From the NCBI GenBank assembly GCA_964406815.1, contig CAYOTC010000003.1, positions 7,259 through 71,258 on the forward strand: 64,000 bases of DNA, read 5' to 3'. Under the pieces are notes generated by a model. It was not told the origin of the DNA. It saw only the letters and a list, made by a program, of their open reading frames with translations, and searched no databases. Positions 58,501-64,000 of this stretch are shown here, piece by piece. The number at the start of each line of letters is the position of its first letter. The stretch's first letter is position 1. The DNA is from an uncultured Bdellovibrionales bacterium (GTDB taxonomy: Bacteria > Patescibacteriota > Minisyncoccia > Moranbacterales > UBA2206). Position numbers and translations under genes: made by a program.

Positions 58501-58954
58501 GGTAAATGGAAGAACAGGCGAACATTTTGATAACGAATCGACAGTAGGTGTGATGTATGTAATGAAGCTCCATCATTTGGTGGATGACAAGATTCATATG
58601 CGTTCAATCGGACCTTACTCTCTCATTACCCAGCAACCACTTGGAGGAAAAGCTCAGTTCGGAGGACAGCGGTTCGGAGAAATGGAAGTGTGGGCATTGG
58701 AAGGATATGGTGCGGCTTATACTTTGCAAGAAATGATTACCATAAAATCTGATGACCAAATGGGAAGATCAAAAGCCTATGAATCAATTATCAAAGGCGA
58801 ACCGATCAAGAGTCCCAATATTCCGGCTTCATTCCATGTGCTTGTAAGCGAGCTTAAAGGTCTCGGATTGGATGTCGAGCTTACAGAAAAAACCCCCAGG
58901 GAATCGTTTGAAGGATCAACTTCCCAAGAGGAAGAAGATGTTGATGTTGCTTAA
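55529..58954 (+). CDS. rpoB: DNA-directed RNA polymerase subunit beta
   Basis: GTFIINGVERVVVSQ, SQFMDQ, ETPEGPNIG, GDKLAGRHGNKG, GGQRFGEME; start 55514 or 55529. Confidence 0.99.
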   Translation: MSKVEKSLKVKRVFSSASSISKRKFFKPMTFVSLPNLIEIQIDSYDWFLEKGLKELLDEVNPIKDFTEKDLELSFGEYYLDDPKYDEVTAKSKNISYEAPLRCKVQLLIKKTGEIKEQEIYLGDFPLMTDRGTFIINGVERVVVSQIIRSPGVFFTMDYQKGRKLFGAKIIPNRGAWLEIETDFDGAIYVKIDRKRKVPITSLLRAFGYSTDKQLEDAFKGADNGEISYITETIKKDIAKNQGEGYKEVYKRVRPGDLATESNAKQVIDAMFFNYDKYDFGAVGRYRLNQRLQVEKNDNEENRVLNREDLILIIKEIIKLNNDPQAISDDIDHLGNRRVRSVGELVQNKLRVGFSRTVRNIKDKMSTCDIATVVPGLLVNSRPIAASIKEFFASSQLSQFMDQVNPLAELEHKRRLSAMGPGGLTRERAGFEVRDVHNSHYGRICPVETPEGPNIGLVGHLATYTKINEFGFLETPYLKIAHEVENNEEKLVGRILFEDIAGIKAGTKIDSEAAKKIVKEKKIKSIKVKAYVVYEIEYINATVEDRKNIAHAGISIDEDGNILDEVVGARVKGQATEIEVAKLDYIDVSAKQCISVATSLIPFLEHDDANRALMGSNMQRQAVSCVKPQAPLVGTGIEDKAAADSGQVVIARVDGIVSEVDADHIIIKEEAPVGAKKPFIKREYRLQSFEKSNAFTSMNQVPRVLKNEEVKKGQVLADGASTDHGELALGQNILVAFVPWEGSNYEDAIIISERLVQDDRYSSIHIEDFSIDVRDTKLGPEVVTRDIPNIGEDRLKNLDETGIIRIGAEVVSGDILVGKISPKGEGDLTSEERLLRAIFGEKSRDVKDSSLYLPHGEYGKVVDIKIFSREQGDKLSTGVIEQIQVSVAQLKKISVGDKLAGRHGNKGVISRIAPVEDMPYLPDGTPVDMILNPLGVASRMNIGQILETHLGWAALKLGYKAATPALEGVTEDQIKEELKAAGLPEEGKVKLVNGRTGEHFDNESTVGVMYVMKLHHLVDDKIHMRSIGPYSLITQQPLGGKAQFGGQRFGEMEVWALEGYGAAYTLQEMITIKSDDQMGRSKAYESIIKGEPIKSPNIPASFHVLVSELKGLGLDVELTEKTPRESFEGSTSQEEEDVDVA

Positions 58955-59041
58955 TTAATTTAGTTTATAAAGTTCGTAAAGTTTATAAAGTTCATAAAGA
59001 CGATACGAATGATTTATTAAACCTTTTAATCTTAAATTAAT

Positions 59042-62000
59042 ATGGATTCGATTACTAATACCAAAACGAGCAATTTCAACAGCGTTAAACTGAAAATTGC
59101 TAGCCCGGAAGGGATTATGGAATGGTCTCACGGAGAGGTAACCAAGCCGGAGACAATAAACTACAGGACTCAGCGCTATGAAAAGGATGGGCTTTTTTGC
59201 GAGAAAATATTCGGGCCTTCTCGTGACTGGGAATGCTATTGCGGAAAATATAAACGCATTCGTTATAAGGGAATTGTTTGCGACAAATGCGGAGTGGAAG
59301 TGACAAGAAGCATAGTAAGACGGGAGCGCATGGGACACATCAAATTAGCCGTGCCGGTTTCGCATATCTGGTTTTTGCGTGGCGTTCCTTCTAAAATCGG
59401 ACTCGCGCTCGGAATGGGCGTGCAGGATTTGGAAAAGGTTATTTATTTTTCAAGCTATGTTGTCATGGGTGTGGATGAGAGCGAAAGAGAAAAAGCGCTT
59501 GCACAGCTTGAACAAGAATTTAAAACCAAGCAGAAGGAGATAAATAAGAATTTTCAAGGAGATGAAACACAGAGCAAAGACAAAAATGAAGAATTGAAAA
59601 ATATCTATCGCACTTCCAAAGAAGAATTGAAGAGTTTGCAAAAATTCCAAATCGTTTCTGAAATAGAATATTTTAATCTGTCTTCCAAATACGGCCAGGT
59701 TTTTAATGCCGGAATCGGAGCCGAAGCTATAAGAAAGCTTTTGGAAAATATTGATCTCAAGGAAGAAATGAAGAGGCTTAAAAAAATGCTCGAAGGAGAT
59801 GAAGAAGTTCCTGATCGGAAAAAACTTTTGAGAAGAATCAAACTTTTCAATGGACTGCTTGCGGCCAATTTGCGCCCAGAATGGATGTTGCCGACTGTCA
59901 TTCCAGTCATTCCGCCAGATCTTCGCCCGATGGTGGCGTTGGATGGAGGACGTTTTGCCACTTCAGACCTTAATGATCTCTATCGAAGAATAATAAACAG
60001 AAATAATCGTCTTAGGAAACTGATTGAAATCGGCGCTCCGGAAGTTATCACCAGAAATGAGAAAAGAATGTTACAGGAAGCAGTGGATGCGCTTTTTGAC
60101 AACAGTGCCAGAAGAAGCCAAGTTAGCGTGGCGGCTTCAACTGGGCAAAGAAGAGCCCTGCGTTCTCTTGCAGATACTTTGAAAGGAAAACAGGGGCGTT
60201 TCAGACAGAATCTCCTTGGAAAACGTGTTGACTATTCCGGACGTTCGGTGATTGTGGTTGGACCGAAATTAAAATTGCATCAGTGCGGACTGCCGAAGAA
60301 AATGGCACTCGAACTTTTCAAACCTTTTATTATCAACAAACTTATCGAACGTGAGCTGGCTTATAATGTCAGAAGCGCCGGAAAGATGGTGGAAGCGGAA
60401 TCGGAAGAAGCTTATGATATTTTGGACGAAATAATCAGTCATCACTATGTGCTTCTTAATCGCGCTCCAACCCTGCATCGTTTGTCTATTCAAGCTTTTC
60501 AGCCGGTGCTTATTGAAGGAAAAGCGATCCAAATACATCCGATGGTTTGCAGCGCTTTCAATGCTGACTTCGACGGAGACCAGATGGCGGTGCATGTTCC
60601 TCTTACTGACAAAGCTAGATGGGAAAGTGAGAATCTGATGCTTTCATCCAGAAATCTTTTAAAGCCGGCTTCCGGAGAACCGATCACAACTCCAACTCTG
60701 GATATGGTGCTTGGTTGTTATTACATTACGCATATTTTGGCTGGAGCGAAAGGCGAAGGAAAAATTTTTGCTTCAGAAGAAGAGGCGATAATGGCTACAG
60801 AGCTGGGGTATATTGACATAAGAGCCAAGGTTAAAGTTTTGGTAAATGGCGAAGTTTTGGAAACTTCTGTCGGACGGTTAAACCTTAACGCAATCATTCC
60901 GGAAGAAATCGGTTACCAAAATTATGAAATGACGAAAAAGGAACTTAAGTCTCTAGTGGCTAAGGTCTTGGAAATTTCTGGAGCGGAAGAAACGGCAAAA
61001 TTTGTGGATCGAATCAAGAATCTCGGATTTAGTTCTGTGACCAAATCAGGAATCAGTTGGGGAATGGCTGACTTGGCGATACCACTTGGCAAGAAAGATA
61101 TATTGAGCGAAGCGGAAGAAAAAGTCGAGGTTATTAAAAAGCAATATAATATGGGTCTTCTTACTGAAGACGAAAGAAAGGGAAAAGTTATTGAAATCTG
61201 GAATGACGCTAAAAACAGAATTGCCGACAGTGTGCGTGAATCAATCGACAAAGAAGGCCCAGTTTATTCCATGGTTTATTCCAAAGCGAGAGGTTCGGAA
61301 TCAGTGGTTGTCCAGATGGCCGGTATGAAAGGGCTTATGGCCGGACCAACCGGAGAGACTATCGAACTTCCAATCAAAAGCAGTTTCAAAGAGGGTCTTA
61401 ATGTTTTGGAATATTTCATCTCCACTCACGGAGCAAGAAAAGGTATGGCGGACACAGCTCTTCGAACAGCGACTGCCGGATACCTCACTCGTCGTTTAGT
61501 GGATGTTTCTCAGGATGTTATTATCCGTGAAGAAGATTGCAAAGATAAGGAAGGAGCTTATATTTATCGGGAAGATTCCGATCGGATTGGCCAGAATTTC
61601 ATCAATCGCGTCGTCGGAAGAGTTTTGGCAGAAGATATAAAGAATCCGAAAACAAATGAAGTTTTGGTGAAAAAAGGAAATGTTGTAACCAAAGCCGAAG
61701 GTGAGATTATTGAAAAATTGAAGTTAGACAAAATCAAGATCAGAACTGTGGTTACTTGCAAGGCAATCCGCGGAGTATGTCGAAAGTGTTACGGAACGGA
61801 TCTTGGAAGAGGAAATCTCGTGGAAATCGGGCAGGCGGTTGGAATCGTGGCAGCGCAGGCGATCGGAGAGCCGGGAACCCAGCTGACTATGCGTACTTTC
61901 CATATTGGAGGTATTGCGGGATCTGACATTACCCAAGGGCTTCCTCGGGTGGAAGAAATTTTTGAAGCTAGGCCACCAAAAGGAGAATCGGTTATTTCCG

Positions 62001-62635
62001 AAGTTGATGGAAAAGTTGTTGGCATAGAAAGTACCGACAAGACCATAATCATCAAAGTTGAAGCCAATGATAAGATTAAGACACTGAAAGAATATCAAGT
62101 GATGCAAGGTGCAACTCTCAAAGTTAATATTGGTGACTTGATCGGAAAAGGAACACAACTCAGTGAAGGTCATATTGATCTTAAAAAACTTTATTCAACG
62201 ATGGGATGGGAAGAAGTTTATCGCTATATTATCAGAGAAATTCAGGAAGTTTATGCGGCACAGGGCGAGGGAATTAATGACAAGCATATTGAAATCATAG
62301 TGCGTCAGATGTTTAGCCGAATTTCGATTTTGGAAGCAGGTGATTCCAATTTTCTTGCCGGAGATGTTGTGGAGGCGGATGAGTTTAATGAAGCTAATGA
62401 AACAATAAAATCTCAAGGCGGAAAAGAAGCGGTTGGAGAGCGTCTTCTTATGGGAATCACGAAAGTGGCTCTTTCGACCGAAAGTTTCCTTTCAGCAGCG
62501 TCTTTCCAGGAAACTGCCAAAGTGCTTATTAGTGCGGCAGTCCAGGGTAAGGAAGATAAATTGAGAGGTCTTAAGGAAAACGTTATTATTGGAAAACTTA
62601 TCCCAGCCGGAACCGGATTCAAGGGAGAGAAATAA
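59042..62635 (+). CDS. rpoC: DNA-directed RNA polymerase subunit beta'
   Basis: KPETINYRT, Zn finger, [32 protein letters not shown]. Confidence 0.99.
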   Translation: MDSITNTKTSNFNSVKLKIASPEGIMEWSHGEVTKPETINYRTQRYEKDGLFCEKIFGPSRDWECYCGKYKRIRYKGIVCDKCGVEVTRSIVRRERMGHIKLAVPVSHIWFLRGVPSKIGLALGMGVQDLEKVIYFSSYVVMGVDESEREKALAQLEQEFKTKQKEINKNFQGDETQSKDKNEELKNIYRTSKEELKSLQKFQIVSEIEYFNLSSKYGQVFNAGIGAEAIRKLLENIDLKEEMKRLKKMLEGDEEVPDRKKLLRRIKLFNGLLAANLRPEWMLPTVIPVIPPDLRPMVALDGGRFATSDLNDLYRRIINRNNRLRKLIEIGAPEVITRNEKRMLQEAVDALFDNSARRSQVSVAASTGQRRALRSLADTLKGKQGRFRQNLLGKRVDYSGRSVIVVGPKLKLHQCGLPKKMALELFKPFIINKLIERELAYNVRSAGKMVEAESEEAYDILDEIISHHYVLLNRAPTLHRLSIQAFQPVLIEGKAIQIHPMVCSAFNADFDGDQMAVHVPLTDKARWESENLMLSSRNLLKPASGEPITTPTLDMVLGCYYITHILAGAKGEGKIFASEEEAIMATELGYIDIRAKVKVLVNGEVLETSVGRLNLNAIIPEEIGYQNYEMTKKELKSLVAKVLEISGAEETAKFVDRIKNLGFSSVTKSGISWGMADLAIPLGKKDILSEAEEKVEVIKKQYNMGLLTEDERKGKVIEIWNDAKNRIADSVRESIDKEGPVYSMVYSKARGSESVVVQMAGMKGLMAGPTGETIELPIKSSFKEGLNVLEYFISTHGARKGMADTALRTATAGYLTRRLVDVSQDVIIREEDCKDKEGAYIYREDSDRIGQNFINRVVGRVLAEDIKNPKTNEVLVKKGNVVTKAEGEIIEKLKLDKIKIRTVVTCKAIRGVCRKCYGTDLGRGNLVEIGQAVGIVAAQAIGEPGTQLTMRTFHIGGIAGSDITQGLPRVEEIFEARPPKGESVISEVDGKVVGIESTDKTIIIKVEANDKIKTLKEYQVMQGATLKVNIGDLIGKGTQLSEGHIDLKKLYSTMGWEEVYRYIIREIQEVYAAQGEGINDKHIEIIVRQMFSRISILEAGDSNFLAGDVVEADEFNEANETIKSQGGKEAVGERLLMGITKVALSTESFLSAASFQETAKVLISAAVQGKEDKLRGLKENVIIGKLIPAGTGFKGEK

Positions 62636-62651
62636 TTTTTCCTGTATATCT

Positions 62652-62693
62652 GAAGACCGCGCCCCGCATTTGCGGGGCGCGGTCTTCTTTTTT
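62652..62693 (+). terminator. Strong intrinsic terminator after rpoC
   Basis: gaagaccgcgccccgca/tgcggggcgcggtcttc plus T-run. Confidence 0.9.
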
Positions 62694-62830
62694 AAAAATA
62701 TAAAATAATAATGTTTTATCTCTAAATAAAGCCAAAAAATATAAAATAAAAGAAAATCTATTTTTTTAATGAAAATATTAATTTAAGTTAACATTTTATT
62801 TGTCAATAAAGGGCTTATTTTGGGAAAAAA

Positions 62831-62859
62831 TTGACAAATGTATTATTTTAAGTTATACT
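62831..62859 (+). promoter_or_regulatory. Sigma70-type promoter
   Basis: TTGACA-17-TATACT. Confidence 0.7.
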
Positions 62860-62958
62860 AGGTATGTAAGTTTAAAAAAAGCCAAAGCGACTTAGTTTTT
62901 CTCTCATTTTATTTTTTCAAAGGGGATGAAATTAAAATAAACATAAACAGATAAAAGA

Positions 62959-64000
62959 ATGTGCTTTCTGGAGAAGCAAAAAAGGGATTCGAGAAATAAT
63001 TTTTTTAGAAGAAATATTTCTTCAAATGGCTTTTTATTATCTTCAAATAATTTTTTTATAAATAAATCAGTCAATCTGATTTTTTTATTTTTATTAATCT
63101 TCTTTTCTTTAGGGTTGACACATAAGGCGAGTGCTTTAAGTGCTGGCATGGACAGCGTTACTCCTTCTCAAACCTCGGTTTATGCCTGTGCATCTTTTAG
63201 TTGGGCGATGGAGAATAGTGAAACCTATTTTGCTGACCTTCAGGAAATTCGGATATATACTAGTGGAGGCAGTTATGTTGGATCATGCAATCTTGATCCA
63301 ATACAAGAAAGTTCCACTTGCTGTACAAGAACTGGTCTAACTCCCAGCACTTCATATAAAGCTCAGTCTTATACCCATGGCATTGTGTATGATCAATGGG
63401 CGCAACTGGTCGGGGACGATTATGCACTTAGTACTTTTTCGAATTTTTCCACCACTAGTTCGGTATCTATTCCAACTGTCTCCACTAGTGCAGTTTCAGG
63501 AATTGGAGCAAGCTCTGCTACCGGAAACGGAAATCTTACTTCTACCGGAGGCGCTTCGACGACAAGGTATATTCAGTGGGGAACATCTTCCGGAACATAT
63601 ACCAGCAACTGTAATGCCGGAGCCACTTCATCAACTGGAGCTTATTCCTGTTCAATGACTGGACTATCTTCATATACTACATATTACGTCCGGGCTTATG
63701 CCACCAACAGTGCTGGGACTGGCTATGGATCGGAAGTAAGTTTTACAACTGCTGACGCAACTCCCCCATGGATTACCAGTTGGGGAACATATAATACTTG
63801 GACTACTGGCACAACTTTGACATTCACCGATAACGTCAGCATGTCTGGCGGAGGTGTCCGCTGCCAGTTCGGCAGCTGGCCAACCGATAGTAATCCGGGA
63901 GACAGCAGCACTTCCTGCACTATCGGTGGAGAACAGAATGGCGCCATTTTATATATCAGAGTATGGGATCATCAAGGCAATCAGACGACATATAATTCTG
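62959..64000 (+). CDS. Large secreted Ser/Thr-rich surface protein with FN3-like domains (3' end outside window; not in ORF track)
   Basis: Frame open from ATG 62959; hydrophobic signal segment; TGLSSYTTYYVRAYATNSAGTGYGSEVSFTT. Confidence 0.85.
   Translation, partial: MCFLEKQKRDSRNNFFRRNISSNGFLLSSNNFFINKSVNLIFLFLLIFFSLGLTHKASALSAGMDSVTPSQTSVYACASFSWAMENSETYFADLQEIRIYTSGGSYVGSCNLDPIQESSTCCTRTGLTPSTSYKAQSYTHGIVYDQWAQLVGDDYALSTFSNFSTTSSVSIPTVSTSAVSGIGASSATGNGNLTSTGGASTTRYIQWGTSSGTYTSNCNAGATSSTGAYSCSMTGLSSYTTYYVRAYATNSAGTGYGSEVSFTTADATPPWITSWGTYNTWTTGTTLTFTDNVSMSGGGVRCQFGSWPTDSNPGDSSTSCTIGGEQNGAILYIRVWDHQGNQTTYNS

Noticed and set aside
58955-59338. Minus-strand ORF ending in LYELYKLYELYKL
   Set aside because: Antisense to rpoC; the repeat peptide is a translation of the 9-mer array
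63140-63947. Three short ORFs in the track near the window end
   Set aside because: All overlap the single open frame from 62959 that encodes FN3-like domains

Overview
AT-rich bacterial chromosome segment, standard genetic code. The gene content (VirB2-like pilin array, TrmB regulators, minimal TsaB, SD-less core genes, K+-independent H+-PPase) points to Patescibacteria/CPR, probably Parcubacteria; that assignment is inference. Housekeeping genes: rarA, folD, a RluA/RluD synthase, rplS, UDG, nfo, nrnA-rbfA-infB, nusA, hppA, tig-clpP, gpmI, rny, HU, rpoB-rpoC. There are 11 intact tRNA genes plus two tRNA-Leu fragments. The main accessory feature is an ~8.6 kb element integrated at tRNA-Gly(TCC) (17-bp direct repeat at 42328-42344 and 50884-50900). 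It carries a large serine recombinase, TerS-like and SpoVG-like small genes, and membrane/nuclease cargo. Its integrase transcript and its cargo transcript each begin, at the predicted +1, with a sequence-unrelated but topologically identical RNA fold: a long nested hairpin whose apical loop is complementary (13-16 bp) to the bases just 3' of the hairpin. This is the best candidate for an undescribed system. Small palindromic repeat families have also inserted in-frame into proteins, into a tRNA and into each other. All calls come from reading the sequence; no database searches or folding programs were run.
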